A stretch of 64,000 nt of DNA. It comes from Oculatellaceae cyanobacterium bins.114. GTDB taxonomy: Bacteria; Cyanobacteriota; Cyanobacteriia; Elainellales; Elainellaceae. Positions 1 to 8,602 of the stretch are shown here, piece by piece; the first letter of the stretch is position 1, and each line of letters starts with the position of its first letter. A program made the position numbers and the translations under genes. Location: the NCBI GenBank assembly GCA_033764315.1, contig JANRJA010000203.1, forward strand, positions 32,001 through 96,000, written 5' to 3'. The notes under the pieces are model-generated. The model was not told the origin of the DNA. It was given only the letters and a program-made list of their open reading frames with translations, and searched no databases.

Positions 1-715
1 TGAGATTAATCTGACCGAGTTGTTCTTGCAGCCACGTGTTAAACAGCTCATTTAGCAAACGTCGCCGCATAGCGTCATCTAACTGAGCTGGAATGAATCG
101 CTCTAGTCGCACAATTACCAGCCACTCACCAACACGAGTCGGTGCCCACAACTGGCCAGGTTGACTGATAGAGAGCATTTGCGCCAGAGTCGGATTGGGC
201 ACACTCAATTCAACAGGACCAATTAAACCATCGGTTTGTGCCTCTGGCCCTTGTGAATACGTGCGCGCCAACTCCGCAAAGGATTGTTCCCCTTCCAGCA
301 CTCGAAAATACACTTCTTGAGCAATCCCTAAATCTTGCGTCCGAATTAATGAATAGATAACGCGATCGAGTTGAGATTTGCGATTGAGGAAATAGGACTC
401 TAGCTTGGGGCCCCACGTTGATTGCTTAAATTTTTCAATCTTGACCTCACGCATGGCACGCGCCTCAAGCTGAGTGGCAGTCATGCCATGTTGTTGCAAC
501 CAGGCTCTACGGCTCTCTTCTGACGCCAAACCATGTTGAGCATAGAACTGTTGACAGGCCGCCTCTTTCTCTTCAGAGGTACATTCTATGGTGGCGATCG
601 CCTGATCAATCAAGATCTCTTGTAGCAGTTGAGGCAGCATTTGATAGCTCGCTAATAGCGGAATAACCTCTTCTGCTAAAATCTGACGATTTCCAACCTG
701 TAAAACGACAGTCAT
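1..715 (-). CDS. PpiC/parvulin-type peptidylprolyl isomerase (3' end runs off window)
   Basis: Manual translation from ATG at 715: MTVVLQVGNRQILAEEVIPLLASYQMLPQLL...WGPKLESYFLNRKSQLDRVIYSLIRT...SFAELARTYSQGPEAQTDGLIGPV...LNELFNTWLQEQ; rotamase-type motifs, open to position 1; absent from the ORF track. Confidence 0.9.
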   Translation of the reverse strand, partial: MTVVLQVGNRQILAEEVIPLLASYQMLPQLLQEILIDQAIATIECTSEEKEAACQQFYAQHGLASEESRRAWLQQHGMTATQLEARAMREVKIEKFKQSTWGPKLESYFLNRKSQLDRVIYSLIRTQDLGIAQEVYFRVLEGEQSFAELARTYSQGPEAQTDGLIGPVELSVPNPTLAQMLSISQPGQLWAPTRVGEWLVIVRLERFIPAQLDDAMRRRLLNELFNTWLQEQLGQINL

Positions 716-1037
716 TTAGGTTAATCTCTTGCACTTCATTAACGATCTACTTCTTTTAATCTCAGGCTGAACTGAGCCAACCTACCCTTTATTTATCTCA
801 TTTCACTTTATTTATCTCATTTGAAGATTAAGATGAACACTCATAATCTAAATTTTTCAGTATGGTATGTAACTTTTATGAGTAAGCATACTAAGAAGAC
901 GACCTAAATGATCGTCCACTTTAGGTTAACTTCTGCTTATAACAGTGTCTTGATGAGATTGATATTTAGCAACGCTTTGTTACATCCAAGGCACTTCCAA
1001 TCCAACTAATCGCCCTCAGAGAAGGTCTGAGAAATTC

Positions 1038-1095
1038 TTGGCAGTTAAAACCGCGACTACAAAAACAAAGTCCGCCCTAAACCCTTGAATTCTCA
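1038..1095 (+). repeat. Degenerate copy of GGCGGTTGAAACCGC-type short dispersed palindromic element
   Basis: ttggcagttaaaaccgcgactac..aaagtccgcc..aacccttga aligns with copies at 53688-53815 (opposite strand) and 59390-59495. Confidence 0.6.
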
Positions 1096-2276
1096 AGAAG
1101 GTAGTAGTTGACAGCCATTCTAGTCTGTCTGCGATCTAGAGCACCCTAGTAGACATCTGGTAAACATTATGTCTCGAATCCGCCGTAGAGCAACTTGACG
1201 CCAGTGCGGCTCCCTTAAAAAAAGGGGTTTTATCTGCACCACCCCAGGCTTTTCTATAAAAAGAGACTTCTAAAAAATAAATTGGGTTCAATTTTCTATC
1301 TTGACCCTACATATATACGCATAGCCATACGTATATACCTACATTAAGCCGAAGTTCCTCTCGTCTGATGAATTTCAGCTTAATTCTACGAATGAGGCAA
1401 AACCCTTACTTGCCAAGAGTTACCCGTAATTTATACACCTGTTCTATCTGGAGGTTGTGCTGAGTTATGAATTGAACAGTTAAGAGATGATCATCACAGT
1501 CATGAGTAAAACTACACCTCAACAAACACTTTTCCTTAACATTAATCCCACTTGTGATCAAACACTCCGGAATGAGTCGTAAGTCTTGGGAATTAGGGAA
1601 GATCCTCCCCTGAGGGATAAAGCTCAACTGAGAGATTTTTCTAATGTCAATTAGTTTACTTTTCTACCCATTGATAGATTAAGAATTTGTTTGCTCTACC
1701 TCTATAGGATGCTACTAAACCCCAAGACTGCTGTAGTAGACTCTAGTCAAGTCAGCCAACCTGGTTGAAATAGTAATGGAAAGAAAGAGGCAAGCCGTTC
1801 ACATTCGTTTGCATTTGGTGATCCAAACAGAGATTTTTGTAAATATCGACACCTTATTCAGGTTGTTGGGCCACTCGCTAGATCTCAATATCATCTCTTT
1901 TTTTCCTTCAAGACATTGAGACTCTTTCTACCGTAGCCTTTGGGCTGATTTTGTAGTTTAGACAACCACGAAAACCTTCTTATGAGATAGCTTGAGGGGG
2001 AGCTGAAGTGGTTTATCAAGGCGATCGCCTTTGTCAAAATCGTTTTGTGGTGTCTCACACCCATCTACCTAAATGCATCTAGATGGGTAAAATCTATCTT
2101 TTATCTCCAATTACTTGAATCTCTTGGATCAACCGAGTAAAGTTATCAAAACTATAGCGACCCTACTCTTAGAAACTAGTTAGCAAAATTAAAGGAATAC
2201 TCCAGGTACTTTCATAACAATTTTTTCAATTTTTGATATTGACAAAACCGATCATAGCTAGGATAACCATCTTCAT

Positions 2277-3521
2277 ATGACAGCAATATTCAATCATCAC
2301 TCTGGGCAAGCAATGGAAAACTCTACGATGGATTCGACCGATACCTTGCAGTTTGAAACTGCTTTTGAGGATGACTTTTTTAATACCCTTGATACCAAGG
2401 AATTAGACACAGATGATGTCGAAGACATTCCTATTGATGTAATAGAGGATGTCATCAAAGATGTTGAACCAGAGACAGAAGACAGCTTGTCTGCATTTGC
2501 TGCTGATGATCAAGCCGATGAAGATGTAGAAGCGGTCATCGCTGAGCATTTTCCGGGATATCGAAAGACTATTTCTGATGACGCAGTTGGCGCGTTCTTT
2601 AAAGAAATGGCGCGTTATCCTTTGCTCAAGGCAGATGAGGAAATTGAGCTAGCTCGACGGGTCAAATTTTTAATTGAAATTGAGGAGTTGCGCGATCGCC
2701 TCCAGACTGAGCTAGACCATAACCCTTCTAAAGCAGAGATTGCCGCTGCTTTAGAACTCAACGAACGTCAGCTCGAACATCGCCTTTATCGCAGTCGCAT
2801 GGCAAAGCGCAAAATGATTCGGTCAAACCTGCGCCTGGTCGTGTCGATCGCCAAGCGATATCTTAATCGGGGTGTTCCTTTCCTAGATCTAATTCAGGAA
2901 GGTGCTTTAGGCCTCAACCGAGCAACCGAAAAGTTTGACCCCGACAAGGGATACAAATTCTCAACCTATGCCTACTGGTGGATTCGGCAGGGCATTACTC
3001 GGACGATCGCCAACGATGCTCGCACTATTCGCCTGCCGATTCACATTGTTGAGAAGCTGAATAAGCTCAAGAAATCTCACCGAGAACTACGAAAAGAGCT
3101 GAATCGCAACCCAACTGAGGCCGAGTTAGCTGCTGCTCTTGATCTCACCCCTGACCAACTGCGCAATCTACAACAAGTGCGGCGGCGATCGCTCTCGCTT
3201 AACCATCGGGTCGGCAAAGGTGAAGACACTGAACTGATGGAATTGTTGGAAGACAGTAGCACGCTCTCTCCGGAAGCGCAGATGAGCGAAACTATGATGC
3301 GCCAAGAAATTCACAGCATCTTAGGAGATGTGTTGACCGAACGGGAGAAGGACATTATTTCATTGCGTTATGGATTAACCACCGGGGAACCTCATACCCT
3401 CGAAGAAGTGGGGGGTTTGTTTAATCTCTCTCGCGAACGGGTACGTCAGATTCAAACAAAAGCGATGCGGAAGTTGCGCCGTCCTCAAGTGGCAGCACGA
3501 CTCAAAAGTTGGTTGAGATAG
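2277..3521 (+). CDS. sigE: Group 2 sigma-70 factor, SigE-like (Synechocystis nomenclature)
   Basis: Sigma-70 regions 1.2-4 (NLRLVVSIAKRY, DLIQEG, KFSTYAYWWIRQ, SRERVRQI); region 1.2 DAVGAFFKEMARYPLL recalled as typical of the SigE clade; acidic N-terminus. Confidence 0.8.
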   Translation: MTAIFNHHSGQAMENSTMDSTDTLQFETAFEDDFFNTLDTKELDTDDVEDIPIDVIEDVIKDVEPETEDSLSAFAADDQADEDVEAVIAEHFPGYRKTISDDAVGAFFKEMARYPLLKADEEIELARRVKFLIEIEELRDRLQTELDHNPSKAEIAAALELNERQLEHRLYRSRMAKRKMIRSNLRLVVSIAKRYLNRGVPFLDLIQEGALGLNRATEKFDPDKGYKFSTYAYWWIRQGITRTIANDARTIRLPIHIVEKLNKLKKSHRELRKELNRNPTEAELAAALDLTPDQLRNLQQVRRRSLSLNHRVGKGEDTELMELLEDSSTLSPEAQMSETMMRQEIHSILGDVLTEREKDIISLRYGLTTGEPHTLEEVGGLFNLSRERVRQIQTKAMRKLRRPQVAARLKSWLR

Positions 3522-3592
3522 CGTCAGCCGCTCCCTTAGTTCAAGCATTGGGTTCTCCGTGATACTGTCAAAGCAGTGTTACTTCGTTTTTT

Positions 3593-4111
3593 ATGCCTGA
3601 TTCTGCAACTTTCTCGACTTCAGCACTAACGATTCGTCCTGCCACAGCCGCCGATGCCGCTGTTCTATTTCAACTGATTCAAGCTTTAGCAGACTATGAG
3701 AAGTTATCTCACGCTGTCACAGGCAGTGTTGCAGCACTTGCCAGGGATTTGTCAGGCGATCGCCCCGCTTGTGAGGCGATTTTGGTAGAACATGACCACA
3801 CACCTATTGGATTTGCATTATTTTTTGCCAATTACTCCACATTTTTAACCAAACCTGGCATTTATTTAGAAGATTTATTTGTATTGCCAGAGTATCGAGG
3901 ACAGGGCGTTGGCAAAACCTTGTTGTCTTACCTGGCACAATTGGCGCAACAGCGAGACTGTGGACGCTTGGAGTGGAGCGTCTTGGACTGGAACGAACCT
4001 GCGATCGCCTTTTATCGGCGGATGGGAGCCACCTTGCTAGAAGAGTGGCGGATCTGTCGGGTAACGGGTGATGCGATCGCAGTTTTAGCGAATTTGCAAC
4101 CTCCTGCTTGA
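3593..4111 (+). CDS. GNAT N-acetyltransferase (SSAT-like)
   Basis: YLEDLFVLPEYRGQGVGK and WSVLDWNEPAIAFY motifs. Confidence 0.9.
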   Translation: MPDSATFSTSALTIRPATAADAAVLFQLIQALADYEKLSHAVTGSVAALARDLSGDRPACEAILVEHDHTPIGFALFFANYSTFLTKPGIYLEDLFVLPEYRGQGVGKTLLSYLAQLAQQRDCGRLEWSVLDWNEPAIAFYRRMGATLLEEWRICRVTGDAIAVLANLQPPA

Positions 4112-4193
4112 AAAATCTTCACTGCAGAGCCTGAAAGAGAGCGATAAAATCTAAGACATAAACCCAGATCATTCTTAATTAAGGTTGAGTCGC

Positions 4194-4403
4194 ATGAAAA
4201 CCATTTGGGTCAACGAGCAAATTGATCCCTCTGGGATTATCTACTCCTGTATTGCCTCCTGCAACGAAAATGAAGCTCAAGAATGTCATACGTCGTTTCA
4301 ACAAAATCTGACCCCAGACCAAAAAGCAGCAGGTTGGATTGCCCGCATTCGTACTGTTGAGTCGTGGGATCTGGTTCCCGCCAATGCACTTAAACTCGAT
4401 TAA
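4194..4403 (+). CDS. Small conserved cyanobacterial protein, unknown function
   Basis: MKTIWVNEQIDPSGIIYSCIA...WIARIRTVESWDLVP resembles a conserved cyanobacterial ~70 aa family; co-oriented with the GNAT gene. Confidence 0.7.
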   Translation: MKTIWVNEQIDPSGIIYSCIASCNENEAQECHTSFQQNLTPDQKAAGWIARIRTVESWDLVPANALKLD

Positions 4404-4528
4404 CTCTGCCACTCAGCTTGGAATGTTATACCGTTTCTATGTGAGCTTGCACTCAATCAATGTGAAACAAGGGGCTTAATCCCCTTGTCTAGTGCAGATT
4501 CATGTTGGATGCATCATTAAATGCATCC

Positions 4529-5221
4529 CTAGCGGTGGCGACGATATCGAATATCCATAATCTCGGCTAAACCTGCATCTTCCCAATCCAGAGGAGTGCT
4601 TTCATCAGCTGGCACAACTGTCACCACGGGTTGCTCAGATTCAAGAGATGGCTCTGTTGAGGGAGTCGAGACCGCGGCAGGCAAAGCATTCATAGCATGA
4701 GATGTAGGCAAAGCAGGAAACGTCATAGCTGCGACATCAAGCTGTTCAGGCGGGTCGATCTCAGCAGATGAAGCCCTTGCACCAGAATGTGTTTTGAGCG
4801 ATCGCGACTCATAGCGGAGTTGTTTAAATCGTTGAGAGATCAGGAATGAACCCGCCACACAACTCAAGGCGATCGTCCCTAGTGCCCACAGGGGTAGAGT
4901 TTTAGGATTAGAATCAACCGCAATATCAGGCTGAGAGCTATCAGTGCTATTGGGGTGATCTTGTTTTGACAATTCAGGACTCATCAGACTGGTCATGGCA
5001 ATTCCCATGATCAGCAACAAGAGCACCCAAATGCCACTCCAAAACACAAGAGGGTGCTGCCAGAGCAACTGCACCCACGACAGCAAGTTGATGGTGTTTG
5101 GTGCAGAATTTTTAACCCAAGGTTCATCAACAGGTGTGGATGACTCCAATGGTTGAGCTGGCTGACCTGCCCATGCATCACTCTCAGGAGAGGATTGCTG
5201 AAACCTCTGATCGCTATCCAT
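4529..5221 (-). CDS. Hypothetical membrane protein (2 TM)
   Basis: 230 aa ORF with two hydrophobic segments and a C-terminal PLDW..GLAEIMDIR motif. Confidence 0.7.
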   Translation of the reverse strand: MDSDQRFQQSSPESDAWAGQPAQPLESSTPVDEPWVKNSAPNTINLLSWVQLLWQHPLVFWSGIWVLLLLIMGIAMTSLMSPELSKQDHPNSTDSSQPDIAVDSNPKTLPLWALGTIALSCVAGSFLISQRFKQLRYESRSLKTHSGARASSAEIDPPEQLDVAAMTFPALPTSHAMNALPAAVSTPSTEPSLESEQPVVTVVPADESTPLDWEDAGLAEIMDIRYRRHR

Positions 5222-5590
5222 ATTGCCCTACGGTAGCTGCTAAATAAAAGATTTGATTTGTATTGTAGAACATTTGTTCGGAAGCTCCCACTTTTCCTTA
5301 TTGAGGAAAATTTTAAGGAATAGGACCGCGTAGAACTGTCAAGACAGGTGATACAGGGAGGTGTAAAGCTTCGCCTCATCCTGGTTGCTATAGCCCTACA
5401 ACGCTCTATTCACGCTCTGTTCATTGGTTTGAGGGGTATGAATAGGACGTTTGAGTCAAGTGTAATAGCATCTCAGTAAATTCACCTAGGTAATAACGCT
5501 GAACCTTAAACTAGAAAACTTACCGTTCATATTTCGGCCTTTGCGAGACTATAACTGGTTTATTGAGAAGAATTAAGCGTGGGACGGTCA

Positions 5591-5845
5591 ATGATGCCGC
5601 TTGTCATTCAGGAAGAGTCGGTGCGGACATTTAATTTTTATCTCAATGGTTCTGTTTGGCAAGGCATGGTTTGCCAAAACAAGCTTTATAAGTTAGTGTC
5701 CTCATTTGAGCCAAATGACTGCCCTAAAGCCTATGCGTTAGGTTGGAGCTTGGGCTGTGGCGGAACCCCTGCCGTTATCACTCTGGCAAATCAAGGTTAT
5801 GGGGTGTGGATTGATTTGAGATCGCACTCTCAAGCCAGTTTCTAA
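5591..5845 (+). CDS. Small hypothetical protein
   Basis: FNFYLNG..QGM...LY.L...AY.LG..L.....VIT.....VWIDLRS pattern seen in small cyanobacterial proteins; start uncertain. Confidence 0.65.
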   Translation: MMPLVIQEESVRTFNFYLNGSVWQGMVCQNKLYKLVSSFEPNDCPKAYALGWSLGCGGTPAVITLANQGYGVWIDLRSHSQASF

Positions 5846-5996
5846 AAGTTCTAAAAATTACGCGATGTGCAACTTAGAGGTTTAGATCCTCGGTTACTTG
5901 TTCAGCATTCTCACAGTAATCTGATTTGCGTCACAGCAATCAACGATCTGAGGAAAGTCGCACACGAGGTAAAAAGTAGTTTTCTAAAGAACGCTA

Positions 5997-6617
5997 TCAA
6001 ACGCTCCCTTCTCCCAATACTCCGTTGAGAAAAATATCGGCAATCCCTTCTGCCATTTCCTGCATTTCTTGCGGAGACGAATTTTCAGCCATCACCGTAT
6101 CACGACTAAAGCCTGCTACTGCAAACATTCCCAAAAATACCTGGGCAACAATGCGCGGATTCATACGGCGATAAACACCCTGATCCATCGCTGTTTGAAA
6201 GAAAGCCTCTGCAACATCGGTCATTTTGGCGATCACTTCTGCTTGAATGCGATCGCGCAACTCAGGATGAAATTGAGCTTCCATGAAGCACACCCGCAAC
6301 ATATCAGCATTGCGGTGCAGATTTAACATACGCTTTCGCATCACTTGAGCGATCGCTTTATAGCTACCCATCTCACTCAGTTCAGTGAGCAGATCGGTCA
6401 AAATTTCAATCCACCCTTGAGTCGCTACTTCTACTAAAATTGCCTTTTTGTTTTCAAAGTGGCGAAACAACGTGCCCTCAGCGACTCCTGCCGCTTCTGC
6501 AAGATCACGTGTCGTCGTGCCATCATAGCCACGACGAGCAAATAACCGCTGTGCTGCTTGAAGAATCCGAGTTCGAGTCTCCACCTCAGGTTGGGGTGGA
6601 CGTTGAAAGATCTGCAT
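5997..6617 (-). CDS. TetR/AcrR family transcriptional regulator
   Basis: N-terminal HTH: RILQAAQRLFARRGYDGTTTRDLAEAAGVAEGTLFRHF. Confidence 0.95.
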   Translation of the reverse strand: MQIFQRPPQPEVETRTRILQAAQRLFARRGYDGTTTRDLAEAAGVAEGTLFRHFENKKAILVEVATQGWIEILTDLLTELSEMGSYKAIAQVMRKRMLNLHRNADMLRVCFMEAQFHPELRDRIQAEVIAKMTDVAEAFFQTAMDQGVYRRMNPRIVAQVFLGMFAVAGFSRDTVMAENSSPQEMQEMAEGIADIFLNGVLGEGSV

Positions 6618-6841
6618 CGCGGTAGCCAAGTGTGACAGACATCTGCATCGATCATTGTCGATCGGTTGTTTAAAACTGCGGCAGAAGATTTATACAACAT
6701 TACGTTTGTTTAGAAATCTAGATTAAGGTTTGTGAGTAGAGAGAGGCTGAGGTTTGAATTTTGAGTTTTGAACTTTGAATTGTGAATTAGAGGTCGAGAG
6801 CGATTAGAAATTGGCCATCGACTGTTATCTCAACACCCCGG

Positions 6842-6998
6842 CCTCAAACCTCAAACCTCAAACCTCAAACCTCAAAACCCAAAACCCAAAACTCAAAACT
6901 CAAAACCCAAAACTCAAAACCCAAAACTCAAAACCCAAAACTCAAAACTCAAAACCCAAAACTCAAAACCCAAAACTCAAAACCCAAAACCCAAAACC
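6842..6998 (+). repeat. Heptamer tandem repeat (STRR-type), about 22 units
   Basis: (CCTCAAA)x4 then (CAAAACY)n; shorter inverse-oriented tract at 6749-6788. Confidence 0.95.
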
Positions 6999-7004
6999 TC
7001 CTAC

Positions 7005-8372
7005 CTAATAGTCCTCCTTAGGTGGACGGGTGACTCGTAAAATGAGCGCACTCAATCCTAGAAACCAAATCAGGGCGATCAAATAGGCCATTGACATTAA
7101 CTTACGTACTGATTGCTTAAGGCTAACCACATAATCGGCATGAACATCTAGCCCGATCGCCCCAACCACCACTCCACGAGAATTACGAATGGGCGCATAT
7201 GCAGCAAATTGGGCACCCCGTTGATCACGACTGACAAAGGTTGTGAGGCTGAGTTGCGAGAGCCCTTGATAAATAGCCGAGTTAGATTGATCGATTGTGA
7301 ATGGCTGCCGAAATGTCGTTGCCTGTTCAGGAGCAATCTTTCTTAAAACGTCTCCAATGATCAAGATCTCACGAGGCTGATCACCCCAGGTATAGCTGTA
7401 GGGATTGGCATAGGGAACTAGAGTATGCACTCGATAGAGCCATTCTTGATGGCTGCGATAGAGAGCATTATTAGTGGGTTCAGTTTGTCCAGCAAGCAGA
7501 GGAGTGCGGGTCAGGGTGGCAAACTCCTCGCCATTTACTCCATCCACTGTCGCATTCAACGCCTGCACCATCTCGCCTTTAATACGAGCAACCGTGGTCT
7601 CCCAAAGATAGTAGTAAAACCAATAAAACCCTAAAGTGACGATCGCCATATTGACAACAACAGTTGTCACCATCACAATCCATTTAGCGCGTTGGCGCGA
7701 TTGATAAAGTGCCAGTTTGGCCGCTTGACTAGCATCAATGTAGCGGTTTTGAAGCTCGGTTGGCTTAAGGTCTTGGTTGATGCTGCTTGCAAGCCACTGC
7801 TCAGCATCCTTTAAGTCGCTGCCCCGTAATAAATAGCTGTCGTTGTAGTCTTTGCGTTTCCACTCGATCGCCCGAACCAAAAGACGAGTGTGAGCATGGA
7901 TATAGTCAATATCTGTGTTGACTGCCTGGAGCAATTCTTGAAAGGCGTGATCGAAGTCATCCGTTTCTCGGAAAAAGATCCAGTTGTGTTTGCTGATTTG
8001 AGGGTGCACTTGTTGAGGATCAAATCCCTCTCGCCGCACGATTGGCAAAAAGCGTTTGTGGCAATGAGTCGCGTATTCAATTTCATCTCGACAAACCTTA
8101 GAGGTAACTGAGTCAGGGCTAATCACAAAAATGAATGTGCTAGCAGACTCAATGCCTCGTTGAATGGCTTGCCACCACTCTTCCCCTTTATAGATGTCAT
8201 TCCAATCAACCCACGGATCTTGCCCAACCCGCTTAAATGCCCCGTCTAGCATCTCAACAAATGCTTTATCTCGACGAGAGTAAGAGATAAATACCTCGTT
8301 GGTTGGTGCTTTAGTCTCACTGGGTTGTGATTGAGTATGAACAGCAATATTAGACGATTGACCCTCAAGCAT
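7005..8372 (-). CDS. TIR domain - helical linker - TM - Cache-like sensor - TM protein
   Basis: EVFISYSRRD...SKVCRDEIEYA (TIR); TM WIVMVTTVVVNMAIVTLGFYWFY; AYAPIRNSRGVVVGAIGLDV (Cache-like); second TM near the C-terminus. Confidence 0.85.
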   Translation of the reverse strand: MLEGQSSNIAVHTQSQPSETKAPTNEVFISYSRRDKAFVEMLDGAFKRVGQDPWVDWNDIYKGEEWWQAIQRGIESASTFIFVISPDSVTSKVCRDEIEYATHCHKRFLPIVRREGFDPQQVHPQISKHNWIFFRETDDFDHAFQELLQAVNTDIDYIHAHTRLLVRAIEWKRKDYNDSYLLRGSDLKDAEQWLASSINQDLKPTELQNRYIDASQAAKLALYQSRQRAKWIVMVTTVVVNMAIVTLGFYWFYYYLWETTVARIKGEMVQALNATVDGVNGEEFATLTRTPLLAGQTEPTNNALYRSHQEWLYRVHTLVPYANPYSYTWGDQPREILIIGDVLRKIAPEQATTFRQPFTIDQSNSAIYQGLSQLSLTTFVSRDQRGAQFAAYAPIRNSRGVVVGAIGLDVHADYVVSLKQSVRKLMSMAYLIALIWFLGLSALILRVTRPPKEDY

Positions 8373-8492
8373 GATTGATGCCCCCGACAGCAGTGATTAT
8401 TTGCTTGTACTCACTCTAAACGACCGTTTTGAAAGGGTAAAGGATTAAACACTGAAGCGTAGAATAAGGTCGATTTTTATTCTTGATGTTTT

Positions 8493-8588
8493 GCCAGCTA
8501 ACTGAGGACATAGAGGGTGTGGGGGCGGTGCCCCCAGCCAGGGGTTCCACCCCTGCACCCCGTCCTAACCTGAATGACTACGGCTATA
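8493..8588. mobile_element. MITE-like double-hairpin element ending in GGCTATA
   Basis: Hairpins gggggcggtgccccc and aggggttccacccct; related copies at 32740-32833 and 53081-53226. Confidence 0.65.
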
Positions 8589-8602
8589 CCTCTCATCTTG
8601 GC

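Noticed and set aside
6842..6998. Possible CRISPR array
   Set aside because: 7-bp units with no spacers; no repeat-spacer array or cas gene seen anywhere in the window
6811..7008. 65-aa ORF with KLKTQNP repeats
   Set aside because: Translation of the heptamer DNA repeat; no independent coding evidence
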